Source: Gammaproteobacteria bacterium (lineage in GTDB: Bacteria > Actinomycetota > Acidimicrobiia > Spongiisociales > UBA4744). Taken from it: a stretch of DNA of 64,000 nucleotides. A model generated the notes under the pieces. That model did no database searches. It saw only the letters and a list, made by a program, of their open reading frames with translations, and was not told the origin of the DNA. The DNA is taken from positions 43,518-107,517 of the forward strand of contig JAACED010000012.1 of NCBI GenBank assembly GCA_011682695.1, read 5' to 3'. Of this stretch, positions 1 to 9,109 are shown one piece after another (the stretch's first letter is position 1; each line of letters starts with the position of its first letter). The position numbers were made by a program, and so were the translations under genes.

Positions 1-1
1 C

Positions 2-553
2 TCAGTCGGGGTTCTCCACCGGCCGCACAAGGCGGGACTCGGCCCTGCCTACGCTGCCGGGTTTCATCTGGCATTCTCTGAAGGTGCCCGCATCATCTGC
101 GAGATGGATGCCGATTTCTCCCATGATCCGGCGGCGCTTCCGTCGCTCGTGGATGCAGTGGACCGTGGAGCCGCCCTCGCAATCGGTAGCCGGTATGTCG
201 AAGGGGGCGCCACTCCAGACTGGCCGCTGCATCGGCGCTTGCTCTCCAAAGGAGGGAACTGGTATGCCAGGATCATGCTCGGCCTCCCTGTCCGTGACGC
301 CACGGCCGGATTCCGGGCCTACCGGGCCCTTGCACTGATGCAGCTCGAATCCGAGACCTGTCTGGCCTGCGGATATGCCTTCCAGGTGGAATTGACGCTG
401 CGAGCCGTGGATCAGGGTCTGCGAATCGTGGAGGTGCCGATCACGTTCGGAGACCGCCGCGAAGGTACGTCCAAGATGGGAGCCAGGATCGTCGCCGAGG
501 CCATGTGGCTCATCACAAAATGGGGTGTCCGGAGAAGGATTGCAGGGAAATGA
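2..553 (+). CDS. Polyprenol-monophosphomannose synthase / dolichol-phosphate mannosyltransferase-like GT2 glycosyltransferase, C-terminal part (5' end lies outside the window)
   Basis: Frame-2 ORF is open from base 2. Translation ...GFHLAFSEGARIICEMDADFSHDPAALPSLVDAVDRGAALAIGSRYVEGGATPDW...FRAYRALAL...VEVPITFGDRREGTSKMG shows typical Ppm1/DPM1 family motifs (DAD, GSRY). The N-terminus is missing upstream of the window. Confidence 0.7.
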   Translation, partial: SVGVLHRPHKAGLGPAYAAGFHLAFSEGARIICEMDADFSHDPAALPSLVDAVDRGAALAIGSRYVEGGATPDWPLHRRLLSKGGNWYARIMLGLPVRDATAGFRAYRALALMQLESETCLACGYAFQVELTLRAVDQGLRIVEVPITFGDRREGTSKMGARIVAEAMWLITKWGVRRRIAGK

Positions 554-1026
554 CCGACGTGGCAGTTGGAGCACGACGCGCCAACAGTGAGGATCTCGTC
601 GATCTGGCGCGGCTGTATCGCGTCCTCGAACGCGAGATGGTGAGCCTGCGTCCGATCTGGGCCCTCACGGACGGGCTTCCTGCACCAGAGGAATCTGCTC
701 TCGATCGTGCAGTGATGGAACGCCTGGTGATCGTCGGAACCATCGACGAAGTCGTGGTCGGGTTCCTCATCGCCGGCCTCACTGAGTTGCTGCCGCAAGC
801 TGGAGGCGAGCGAACGGCATCGATCGATCTGGTCTTCACTGAACACGACGCGAGAGGAATCGGTGTGGGAGAGGCCATGCTGGACACCGCCCTCGGCGAC
901 CTGCGAACCCGTGGCATACGAAGATTCGACGTCGCGGTGCTGCCGGGCCACCGCCCGGCGAAGAACTTCTTCGAAGCACACGGGTTCAAAGCTCGCTCGA
1001 TCATCATGCACCATGAAGACCTCTGA
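550..1026 (+). CDS. GNAT family N-acetyltransferase
   Basis: ATG at 550 overlaps the upstream TGA (ATGA). Acetyl-CoA-binding-like segment RGIGVGEAMLDTAL...; C-terminus ...FFEAHGF. The track ORF 505..1026 is the same frame; start chosen at the coupled ATG. Confidence 0.55.
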   Translation: MTDVAVGARRANSEDLVDLARLYRVLEREMVSLRPIWALTDGLPAPEESALDRAVMERLVIVGTIDEVVVGFLIAGLTELLPQAGGERTASIDLVFTEHDARGIGVGEAMLDTALGDLRTRGIRRFDVAVLPGHRPAKNFFEAHGFKARSIIMHHEDL

Positions 1027-1453
1027 TCGAACCCCGATTCCGGGCGTGGGCGTCGTCATCATTCGCGATGGAGAGCTGCTGCTCATTCGCAGAGGTCGCG
1101 GGGCGAACAAAGGCCTCTGGGCGGTACCCGGCGGCAAAGTCAGGTTCGGGGAGACGCTCGAGGCTGCCGCCATACGTGAGGCACGAGAGGAGACAGGTCT
1201 CGAGATCGCCCTCGGAGACGTGGTGTGGGTAGGTGACGCAATCGGTCCCGGGGATCCACCAGCGTGGCATTTCACCCTGGTCGACTTCCTCGCGAGCGTT
1301 CTTGGCGGGACGTTGCGTGCCGGCGACGACGCGGTGGAGATCGAATGGGTTGCGTTGGAGGACGTGCTGGAGCGGCCAGTCACACCAACCATGGTCGACC
1401 TGATGGACGTGCTGCTCGACGCGACAGAGTCCCGTCCGTTCAGAAAGACCTGA
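1013..1453 (+). CDS. NUDIX hydrolase
   Basis: Nudix box GGKVRFGETLEAAAIREAREETGLE (GX5EX7REUXEEXGU). ATG at 1013 (MKTSDRTPIPGVGVV...), 14-nt overlap with the GNAT 3' end. Confidence 0.8.
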   Translation: MKTSDRTPIPGVGVVIIRDGELLLIRRGRGANKGLWAVPGGKVRFGETLEAAAIREAREETGLEIALGDVVWVGDAIGPGDPPAWHFTLVDFLASVLGGTLRAGDDAVEIEWVALEDVLERPVTPTMVDLMDVLLDATESRPFRKT

Positions 1454-2555
1454 GGACAAGGCCGGCGCGCGGTTTCGGAACGAACAGGGTCGTCTTCCGA
1501 GGAAAACGAAGCCGCTGCTCCGCTGCGTCGGAGACTGCTTCCTCCGGCACTGCAGCCATGAGCAGAACTGCACCATCGGGAGCTCCGGCGAGCTCCGCGA
1601 TCAAGCGCTCGGGATCCGGATGGAACACAGCATCTTCTTCCCCGACGCCGCACCGGGGATACAGCAGCTCGCGCGCTACGGCCGTGCTTGCGCTTCTCCA
1701 TGATGGTGGAAGAGCCTGAATCGGACCCGCCTTCGGAATCAGAAGCTTCGACTCTCCGGTGGTGACCATCGTGATGGAGCCGGGCACCGTCGGAGGCGAC
1801 GGTGGGGCAGTTTCCACGTCGAAGATGTCACCGATCTCCTCCACGCGAAGGATCGGAAAGAATCGGTGAATGGGATGTATCTGCAATCCACTGCCCTGGG
1901 CCGGAGCCACGAAGGCCATGATTGCGTCCCATCCACCCCGGCCTTCGTGGGAAGCCTGGTACTCGAGAGCCGCCGTGAACCGATGGTGCCCATCCGCGAT
2001 GGCGAGAGGATGCGTGTCAACGGCTTCGGCAATTGCCGGTACCTGCCGTTCCAGGTCATACAGCGCATGGCGGACGCCGTCGGCTTCGAACGCGAAACGA
2101 GGAGAGCCTTCCGGTTCGAGAAGAGCGGGAAGCCCAGGTGCGGGGGAGAGGGCAATGATCAGATCCAGGTTCGAGCGGGTTGCCCGCAGAAGCTCCAACC
2201 GGTCGACTCCCGTGTGTGCCATCGTCTCCTCGTGGCCGAGGATCCGCTTGCCGATCGGTTCGAGAGCCAGAGCACCGATCACACCACGCGCCTCTCGTTC
2301 GACGCCCTCATCCGTCCGGTAGCGCATCGTGTAGAGGTAGAAGCGCGGATCTGTGTCGATCTGCAGCGTTCCATCCCCGAGCCAGGCTTCGAGAAGGTCT
2401 GCAGATTCCTGATACGTCTTCGGGAGCAGGAGCCTCACCATGTTATGTGGCGAGGTGTCACGTAACGTGGCAGCATCGTCGATCATGTCGTATGGCGGGC
2501 TGGTGCAGGCAGCCACATTGGCCGTGAACGTGGTTCCTCGGAAAGGTGTAAACAT
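1440..2555 (-). CDS. DUF1015 family protein
   Basis: N-terminus MFTPFRG...VAACTSPPYDMIDD and the ADGHHR motif are typical of DUF1015. Start assigned to the internal ATG (codon 68 of track ORF 1440..2756). The upstream in-frame extension is low-complexity R/P/S-rich. Confidence 0.7.
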   Translation of the reverse strand: MFTPFRGTTFTANVAACTSPPYDMIDDAATLRDTSPHNMVRLLLPKTYQESADLLEAWLGDGTLQIDTDPRFYLYTMRYRTDEGVEREARGVIGALALEPIGKRILGHEETMAHTGVDRLELLRATRSNLDLIIALSPAPGLPALLEPEGSPRFAFEADGVRHALYDLERQVPAIAEAVDTHPLAIADGHHRFTAALEYQASHEGRGGWDAIMAFVAPAQGSGLQIHPIHRFFPILRVEEIGDIFDVETAPPSPPTVPGSITMVTTGESKLLIPKAGPIQALPPSWRSASTAVARELLYPRCGVGEEDAVFHPDPERLIAELAGAPDGAVLLMAAVPEEAVSDAAEQRLRFPRKTTLFVPKPRAGLVLRSF

Positions 2556-3369
2556 GGCGGGAGTTCTAGTCGGTGCAGGGCGATTCGGCAATGTCCTCTG
2601 CGATCTCAACGGTGTCCTCAACCGGGACACCGAAGCGATCCCCGGCGCGGGGGATGCTCTGCAACGTCTCGACGAAGCGGGATTCGCCATCGTCTTCGTC
2701 ACGAACAACTCGACGGGAACGTGTGCAGATGTCGCCAACGAGATCACCCGCCTCAACGGCTACGCGGCCTCACCGGACCAGGTCATCGGTTCCGCCCAAG
2801 CCGCCGCCGCACTTCTTGCACCGGATCGGCCGGCATCCTTGGTCCTCGGAGGGAAGGGAATCGTGTCAGCGTTGACCGAACGCGAAATCCCCATCGTCGA
2901 TGACCCTTCCGCCGCCGAAGCCGTGGTCGTGGGACTCGACGTCCACCTCAACTACCGGCGCCTCGACAGGGCGGCGTCTGCCATCCGTAGGGGAGCGCGA
3001 TTCATTGCCACCAACACGGACGCCACCTTTCCCGGACCAGAGGATCTCCACTGTGGCGCGGGTGCGATCGTCGCCGCGATCGCCACTGCATCCGGACGAA
3101 CGCCGACGGTCGCAGGCAAACCTCACTCTGCGATACGGACACTGGTGAAACAGCGGCTGATACCCGGTCCCGTGTGGGTAGTGGGGGATCGTCCCGAGAC
3201 CGATCTGGCCATGGCGAAGGCCGAACACTGGAACGCTGCTTTGGTCCTCACGGGCGTTCTCTCGGACCTGGACGAAGTTCCATCCGACCTGAAACCGGAT
3301 CTCGTCACCGCGTCTCTGGTCGAGTTCGCCGATATCGTGATACGCGGTCGGATCAGCGCAGGGCAATGA
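2554..3369 (+). CDS. HAD-superfamily subfamily IIA hydrolase (NagD/Rv1692-like sugar-phosphate phosphatase)
   Basis: MAGVLVGAGRFGNVLCDLNGVL... (DxDGVL-type motif I), FVTNNS (motif II), GKP (motif III), VGDRPETD (motif IV). Start chosen at the ATG whose CATG is shared with the divergent DUF1015 start. Confidence 0.7.
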   Translation: MAGVLVGAGRFGNVLCDLNGVLNRDTEAIPGAGDALQRLDEAGFAIVFVTNNSTGTCADVANEITRLNGYAASPDQVIGSAQAAAALLAPDRPASLVLGGKGIVSALTEREIPIVDDPSAAEAVVVGLDVHLNYRRLDRAASAIRRGARFIATNTDATFPGPEDLHCGAGAIVAAIATASGRTPTVAGKPHSAIRTLVKQRLIPGPVWVVGDRPETDLAMAKAEHWNAALVLTGVLSDLDEVPSDLKPDLVTASLVEFADIVIRGRISAGQ

Positions 3370-4081
3370 TCCGACGCCGGCGGACCCGTCTGAGCAGTGC
3401 TGGTCGCATGAGGGCCGCCACGGTAACCCCGAAGAGGAATCCGCCAACGTGTGCCTGCCACGCGACGCCCGTCGCTTCGACGAAGAACTGGCCGAGGAAC
3501 CAGAAAACCAGAAAGATCGAAGCTGGGAGCGCGATCGGAAGAAAGAAGAGGATCGGGAATACCGACACAACTCGCGCTCTGGGATAAAGAACGAGGTAGG
3601 CACCCATCACACCTGCGATTGCGCCAGAGGCGCCGATCAAAGGGGTAATCGCTCTCGGATTGGAGACGACGAATGTCGCTGTCGCGACAACTCCCGAGGC
3701 CAGATAGAAGAGCGGATATCCGAGCTTGCCGAAGGCATCTTCGACGTTATTGCCGAAAATCCACAGGACCCAGAGGTTGCCGATCAGATGCAAAAAGTTC
3801 GCATGCAGGAACATCGACACGAAGACGCTTCCCCACAGGTTCTTGTCTGGATAGAGGGGTGGAGGCTGAGGAGCAGCCGAACAGCCTGTGAGATCGCCCT
3901 GGTCGAGGGGCGAACCCGAAGAGAGTTCGCAAGGGATCGCGGCGTGCTGCACGTCGAACTCCAGAGCAGCCCGCGCACCGTGGGGCTGAAGAAAGAAGAA
4001 CACGAACGCACCCGCTGCAATGATCAGCCATGTGACAACAGGGCGGGTGATGCCTGGATTCGCGTCCCGGATGGGAATCAA
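3353..4081 (-). CDS. Rhomboid family intramembrane serine protease
   Basis: GASGAIAG (catalytic Ser) and AHVGGFLFG (catalytic His) motifs; multiple TM helices. Start set to TTG at 4081, preceded by GGAG with a 7-nt spacer. The track ORF extends to 4237 through a Ser-rich low-complexity stretch that overlaps a plus-strand small ORF. The start is uncertain (GTG at 4141 is also possible). Confidence 0.65.
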   Translation of the reverse strand: MIPIRDANPGITRPVVTWLIIAAGAFVFFFLQPHGARAALEFDVQHAAIPCELSSGSPLDQGDLTGCSAAPQPPPLYPDKNLWGSVFVSMFLHANFLHLIGNLWVLWIFGNNVEDAFGKLGYPLFYLASGVVATATFVVSNPRAITPLIGASGAIAGVMGAYLVLYPRARVVSVFPILFFLPIALPASIFLVFWFLGQFFVEATGVAWQAHVGGFLFGVTVAALMRPALLRRVRRRRIIALR

Positions 4082-4112
4082 ATGACTGCTCCTGTCGGAA
4101 TGGGATGTGATA

Positions 4113-4256
4113 ATGCCGACGATGGATGATACGCAAGTCACCGAAATGCTCGACGAACTCGCCGGTATGGATCCAGCCGACGCCGTGGAAGCGGCCGAAA
4201 GGCTGGCCGACTTGCTGGCCGATCGACTCGAAGACAAAGCGGAGGACTCGGCCTGA
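4113..4256 (+). CDS. Small acidic hypothetical protein (47 aa), possible Rv1693-like ORF immediately upstream of tlyA
   Basis: ATG..TGA ORF MPTMDDTQVTEMLDELAGMDPADAVEAAERLADLLADRLEDKAEDSA is below the ORF-track length cutoff. Its stop TGA overlaps the proposed CTG start of tlyA (CTGA). Weak SD. Position conserved relative to tlyA in mycobacteria (from memory, not verified). Confidence 0.3.
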   Translation: MPTMDDTQVTEMLDELAGMDPADAVEAAERLADLLADRLEDKAEDSA

Positions 4257-5032
4257 CCAGACGCAGGCTCGACATCGAGCTCGTTCGCAGAGGGATGGCT
4301 GCAAGTCGCAGCGAAGCCCAGGCTGCCATCGAATCGGGAACGGTGACGGTTGGGGGAATGCCAACCCCAAAGCCGGCAACCCTGGTGGACGACGCAACGT
4401 CCTTGCGTCTCGTTGGGCCGTCGTCACGATTCGTCTCACGAGGCGGTGAGAAGCTCGCCGGCGCTCTCGACACGTTCGATGTGGCCGTTGCCGGAAGACA
4501 CTGCCTCGATGCCGGTGCATCGACAGGCGGCTTCAGCGACTGCCTGCTCCAGCACGGAGCATCCCCGGTCGTCGCCTTGGACGTCGGGTACGGACAGTTG
4601 GCGTGGGGGATCCGAAACGACCCGCGGGTGCGGGTCGTTGAAAGAACAAACCTGCGTTACGTGGACCCTGCCGACATTCATGCTCCCTTCGAGGTGATCG
4701 TGGCCGACCTGTCATTCATCTCCCTCTGCACGGTCGGTGCAGCGCTGGCCGCTTGTAGTTTCGAGGACACCGACTTCGTCCTCTTGGTGAAACCGCAGTT
4801 CGAAGCCGGAAAGGGCAAGGTTGGCAAGGGCGGGATCGTGCGCGACCCTAAGGTGCATAGGGAAGTGCTCGACAAGGTGATCGGCTGTCTCGAACAGTCG
4901 GGCATCGGTGCAAAGCAGGTGATTCGCTCTCCCATCCGGGGAGCCGGCGGGAACAGGGAGTTCTTCCTCTGGGCGAGACAGGGACGTGTCACGGTGGATG
5001 ACGAGATGATTGCAAAGGTGGTGCACGCGTGA
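4253..5032 (+). CDS. tlyA: TlyA family rRNA 2'-O-methyltransferase (hemolysin A homologue)
   Basis: Strong similarity to TlyA (S4-like RRRLDIELVRRG N-terminus; GASTGGF SAM motif; VADLSFISL; LVKPQFE). Homology extends 14 codons upstream of the first ATG (4295) with no ATG/GTG/TTG in frame back to the stop at 4127. A CTG at 4253 sits 6 nt after a perfect GGAGGA and overlaps the upstream TGA. Conservative alternative: 4295..5032. Confidence 0.8.
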   Translation: MTRRRLDIELVRRGMAASRSEAQAAIESGTVTVGGMPTPKPATLVDDATSLRLVGPSSRFVSRGGEKLAGALDTFDVAVAGRHCLDAGASTGGFSDCLLQHGASPVVALDVGYGQLAWGIRNDPRVRVVERTNLRYVDPADIHAPFEVIVADLSFISLCTVGAALAACSFEDTDFVLLVKPQFEAGKGKVGKGGIVRDPKVHREVLDKVIGCLEQSGIGAKQVIRSPIRGAGGNREFFLWARQGRVTVDDEMIAKVVHA

Positions 5033-5832
5033 GGCTGGCAATGGTCGTACACGAGAGGCGTCCCCAGGCTGGAACCGTGGCAGAGCGCTTCCGGGAAGGC
5101 TGCCTGGAACGTGGCATCGAGGTCGTAGACCAGGAAGCCGAGAACGTTGACGCGGTCATCGCGATCGGCGGCGACGGGACCGTTCTGCGAGCTGCCAGGA
5201 TCGCGCTGGAGTCAGGGGCCGCGCTCCTCGGCGTCAACGTTGGACGGAAAGGCTTTCTGGCGGATGTGGAACCGGCCCGACTGCCTGAAGCACTGGACGT
5301 GTTGGCATCGGGGATATGGCGCGAATCGGCTCGCATGACGATCCAGGCCCGCATGAACGGAGGAGAAACGGCCGTCGGCATCAACGATGTCGTGGTCGAA
5401 AAGACCGGAGGGCACAGCATTATCTCGATCGAGGTTCGGGTTGATGGAGAACGGTTCATCGACTATCACGCGGACGGCCTCGTGTTCGCGACCCCGACCG
5501 GTTCTACCGCCTACAACCTCTCTGCCGGTGGACCACTTATGGACCCCGAAGTCGAGGCGTTGATCATCTCGCCCGTCGCTCCCCACTCGTTGTTCTCCAA
5601 GTCGGTCATTCTGCATCCAGATGCCGAGATCCAATGCACCGTGGTCGCCGACAGACCTGCCGGCGTGAGTGTGGATGGACGAGATCTCGGAACCGCCCAT
5701 AGCGGTGACAAGATCCTCATCGAACGTGGATCCCAGCAGGTTCGCTTCATCGATGTTTCGGGCACTTCGTTTCCTCGGCGCGTGAAGGACAAGTTCCATC
5801 TCAATGAGGACCGAAGGCTCGTGGGAGGCTGA
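5029..5832 (+). CDS. nadK: NAD+ kinase
   Basis: GGDGT motif (AIGGDGTVLRAA), NE/D short motif, C-terminal ATP-NAD kinase fold motifs DGLVFATPTGSTAYNLSAGGP. GTG at 5029 overlaps the tlyA stop (GTGA); an ATG at 5041 is an alternative. Confidence 0.85.
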   Translation: MRLAMVVHERRPQAGTVAERFREGCLERGIEVVDQEAENVDAVIAIGGDGTVLRAARIALESGAALLGVNVGRKGFLADVEPARLPEALDVLASGIWRESARMTIQARMNGGETAVGINDVVVEKTGGHSIISIEVRVDGERFIDYHADGLVFATPTGSTAYNLSAGGPLMDPEVEALIISPVAPHSLFSKSVILHPDAEIQCTVVADRPAGVSVDGRDLGTAHSGDKILIERGSQQVRFIDVSGTSFPRRVKDKFHLNEDRRLVGG

Positions 5833-7425
5833 ATGCTCGATGAGTTGAAGGTCGAGAATCTTGGCATCCTCGACGAGGTCAGCATCGAGCCTGGTCCGGG
5901 ACTGGTGGTCGTCAGCGGCGAAACCGGCGCTGGAAAGACCATGCTCCTTGGAGCGTTGCGCCTCTTGATGGGTGGGCGCGTACCCACCGACATGATCGGC
6001 CCGCGCGCAAAGGACGCCGTGGTCGAGGGCAGGTTCGTGATCGGTCAAGAGGAAACGGTGCTTGCGCGGCGTGTCGCAAATGGACGAAGCCGAGCCTATC
6101 TCGACGGGCATATGGTGCCGGCACGCGTGCTCGAAGAACGGACGCAGTCACTCATCGAGATCATCGGTCAGCACGATCGCCTGAAGCTTGCCCGGCCCGG
6201 TGCGATGCGCAATCTCGTCGATACTCGCCTGAGATCACGTCCCGAACTCGAGTCCTACCGGGACGCATGGGAAACAGCGAAGCGCCTCGAAGCCGACCTG
6301 GAGGCACTTGGAGGTGACCGGCGCGCCCTGGAGCGCGAACGCGACCTCCTCTTGTACCAGCACGATGACATCATCTCTGCCGGATTCCAGGCCGGCGATG
6401 ACGAACGGCTGCGTCAAACCGCCACGCGGCTTCGCAATGCCGGCGAACTGACCGAGCGCCTCTCGAGGGTGCGCGCAGCACTCGAAGACACGATCACGGC
6501 CGCCGGATCGGCGATCGACGAACTGAGAGCCGTGGCCGGCCTCGACCCATCGACGACTCCACTGCTCACCGAATCCGACGAGGTGGCCGTCCGCGCAGGC
6601 GAATTGTTCACCCAGGTGCGCCAGATCGCTGAAACAATCGAACATGATCCTGCCGCGCTCGAAGTGCTCGAACAGCGCATTGCGCGCCTCGCCGATCTGC
6701 GGCGCAAGTACGGTGCCACCCTCGATGACGTGCTCAGTTTCGGAGCGCAAGTGGGGGAGAGACTCGAACAATTGGATCGTCTCTTGAGTCGAGCCGATGT
6801 GATTGGAGACGACTTGGAGGAAGCGAAGAGCCGACTGGCCGCGGCGGGAACGGCCCTGCGGCTCGCTCGACAGGAGGCGGCGCAGAACATCGAAGACGAG
6901 GCGGCAGGGCACCTTCGCGAACTGGGGTTCTCCAACGCCTCGCTTCAGGTAGTCGTGGAACCGGCAGAGGCCGGAGCAAACGGGGCCGACACCATCCGTG
7001 TCCTCTTTGCATCGGATAGCCGTCTCGACCCCGGACCCATCGATCGTGTCGCATCGGGAGGGGAACTGAGCCGAATCGTTCTGGCCCTTCGTCTGGCTGC
7101 GGACGTCGGGCATGTTCCCATCGTCGCCTTCGATGAGATCGACGCAGGCGTGGGTGGGGAGACCGCGCTTGCCCTCGGACGAAAACTGGCCAAGCTCGCG
7201 GTCAACCGCCAGGTGCTTTGTGTCACACATCTTCCGCAGGTCGCCGCCTTCGCGGAGCGTCACTTCGTTGTCACCAGGGAAGGGACCCGGGCACGTGTCG
7301 AGAGGGTGGAGGGAGAAGACCGGTTGCGCGAGTTGTCGAGGATGTTGGCGGGACTCCCAGAATCCAAGCAGGGTCAACGGCACGCCGAGGAGCTGATCGC
7401 CGCCGCGCAGAGATATGACGGCTGA
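5833..7425 (+). CDS. recN: DNA repair protein RecN
   Basis: N-terminal Walker A GETGAGKT, long coiled-coil, C-terminal SGGE signature (VASGGELSRIVLAL) and Walker B. ATG 1 nt after the nadK stop. Confidence 0.9.
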   Translation: MLDELKVENLGILDEVSIEPGPGLVVVSGETGAGKTMLLGALRLLMGGRVPTDMIGPRAKDAVVEGRFVIGQEETVLARRVANGRSRAYLDGHMVPARVLEERTQSLIEIIGQHDRLKLARPGAMRNLVDTRLRSRPELESYRDAWETAKRLEADLEALGGDRRALERERDLLLYQHDDIISAGFQAGDDERLRQTATRLRNAGELTERLSRVRAALEDTITAAGSAIDELRAVAGLDPSTTPLLTESDEVAVRAGELFTQVRQIAETIEHDPAALEVLEQRIARLADLRRKYGATLDDVLSFGAQVGERLEQLDRLLSRADVIGDDLEEAKSRLAAAGTALRLARQEAAQNIEDEAAGHLRELGFSNASLQVVVEPAEAGANGADTIRVLFASDSRLDPGPIDRVASGGELSRIVLALRLAADVGHVPIVAFDEIDAGVGGETALALGRKLAKLAVNRQVLCVTHLPQVAAFAERHFVVTREGTRARVERVEGEDRLRELSRMLAGLPESKQGQRHAEELIAAAQRYDG

Positions 7426-7456
7426 GTTCGCCCACGGCCTGCTACCCTGACGTCCC

Positions 7457-9109
7457 GTGGCGAAATACGTGTTCGTAACGGGTGGTGTGGTCTCCAGTCT
7501 TGGGAAGGGGATCACCGCATCCTCCCTTGGAAGACTCCTCAAAGCACGCGGTCTGCGCGTCGTCAATCAGAAGCTGGATCCGTATATCAACGTTGATCCG
7601 GGAACGATGAACCCCTTCCAACATGGCGAGGTGTTCGTCACCGACGATGGTGGCGAGACCGACCTCGACCTCGGGCACTATGAACGTTTCACCGGTGAGA
7701 ACCTCCGGCGGGATTCCAACGTGACCACTGGTTCGGTGTACCTGTCCGTTATTCAGAAGGAACGTCGTGGTGATTACCTCGGCGGCACCGTGCAGGTTAT
7801 TCCACACATCACAAACGAGATCAAATCGCGGATCCGACGAGTCGGTGATCGCGACGACATCGACGTAATCATCACGGAGGTGGGCGGCACCGTCGGCGAC
7901 ATCGAGAGCCTGCCGTTCCTGGAAGCGATCCGCCAACTACGCAAGGATCTCGGAGCGCACAACACCGTGTATGTGCATGTGACGCTCGTTCCCTACATCT
8001 CGGCCTCAGAGGAACTGAAGACCAAACCAACGCAGCATTCGGTGGCTGAACTGCGAAGCCGCGGCATCCACCCCGACGTGATCGTCATCCGCTCCGACCG
8101 CAAGGTCGGGTCCGACGCGATTCAGAAGATCAGCCTCTTTTGCGACGTCGATCGTGAAGCCGTTATCAACGCTCTGGACGCGCCCAGCATCTATGAAGTC
8201 CCCTTGGAGCTGCACGAGGCCGGCCTCGATGACGTGATCACCAGACGCCTTCACCTCGAAACACCGCCTCCCGACCTCGCTGACTGGCGCTCGATGGTGG
8301 AACGTGCGCGAAACGCCACCCGACTCGTCACGATCGGCCTGGTGGGAAAGTACGTCGATTTGCCGGACGCGTACCTGTCGGTCGTCGAGGCTCTGCGGCA
8401 CGCCGCTGCCGGTTCGGACTCGAAGCTGGATCTGAAGTGGATTCCCAGCGACGACATGGGTGGCCTTCTTGCGCCTGAGCATCTTGCAGGAGTGGATGGC
8501 ATCGTGGTCCCCGGCGGGTTCGGGATCCGAGGAATCGAAGGAAAGATCTCGGCCATTCGTTATGCACGAGAGAACGGTATTCCGTTCCTCGGCTTGTGCC
8601 TCGGATTGCAGTGCGCGGTCATCGAATTCTCCCGATCCGTTCTTGGGCTGACGGACGCGGACAGTGCCGAATTCAATCCGACCACGACGAACCCGGTCAT
8701 CGACCTGATGGAAAGCCAGCAGGATGTCTCGGACATGGGTGGAACCATGCGCCTCGGTCTCTACCCGGCCAAGCTCGCAGAAGGGTCTCTCGCCCGCCGC
8801 CTGTACGAGCAAGAGCTGATCTACGAGCGCCATCGGCACCGTTATGAGTTGAACAATCGCTACCGCACGGACCTCGAGAACGGCGGCATGCGCCTCTCGG
8901 GCACGGCCCCCGACGACTCGCTCGTGGAGATCATCGAGCTTCCTGGGCACCCATTCTTCATCGCGTCGCAGTTCCATCCCGAGTTCAAGTCGCGACCGGA
9001 TGATCCACATCCGTTGTTCCTCGGCCTGATTCGCGCCGCGCTCGCGAGGAGGGCAATGCCTGGGGCCGCCGTTGAGACGGTCGGCGTTCCGGAGCCGCAA
9101 AGCCGGTGA
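7457..9109 (+). CDS. pyrG: CTP synthase
   Basis: [19 protein letters not shown]... synthetase domain, GLCLGLQ glutamine amidotransferase active site. GTG start. Confidence 0.95.
   Translation: MAKYVFVTGGVVSSLGKGITASSLGRLLKARGLRVVNQKLDPYINVDPGTMNPFQHGEVFVTDDGGETDLDLGHYERFTGENLRRDSNVTTGSVYLSVIQKERRGDYLGGTVQVIPHITNEIKSRIRRVGDRDDIDVIITEVGGTVGDIESLPFLEAIRQLRKDLGAHNTVYVHVTLVPYISASEELKTKPTQHSVAELRSRGIHPDVIVIRSDRKVGSDAIQKISLFCDVDREAVINALDAPSIYEVPLELHEAGLDDVITRRLHLETPPPDLADWRSMVERARNATRLVTIGLVGKYVDLPDAYLSVVEALRHAAAGSDSKLDLKWIPSDDMGGLLAPEHLAGVDGIVVPGGFGIRGIEGKISAIRYARENGIPFLGLCLGLQCAVIEFSRSVLGLTDADSAEFNPTTTNPVIDLMESQQDVSDMGGTMRLGLYPAKLAEGSLARRLYEQELIYERHRHRYELNNRYRTDLENGGMRLSGTAPDDSLVEIIELPGHPFFIASQFHPEFKSRPDDPHPLFLGLIRAALARRAMPGAAVETVGVPEPQSR

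Noticed and set aside
412-1701. 429-aa minus-strand ORF spanning the GNAT and NUDIX genes
   Set aside because: Arg/Ser/Ala-rich low-complexity translation, antisense to two homology-supported genes. Typical high-GC spurious ORF.
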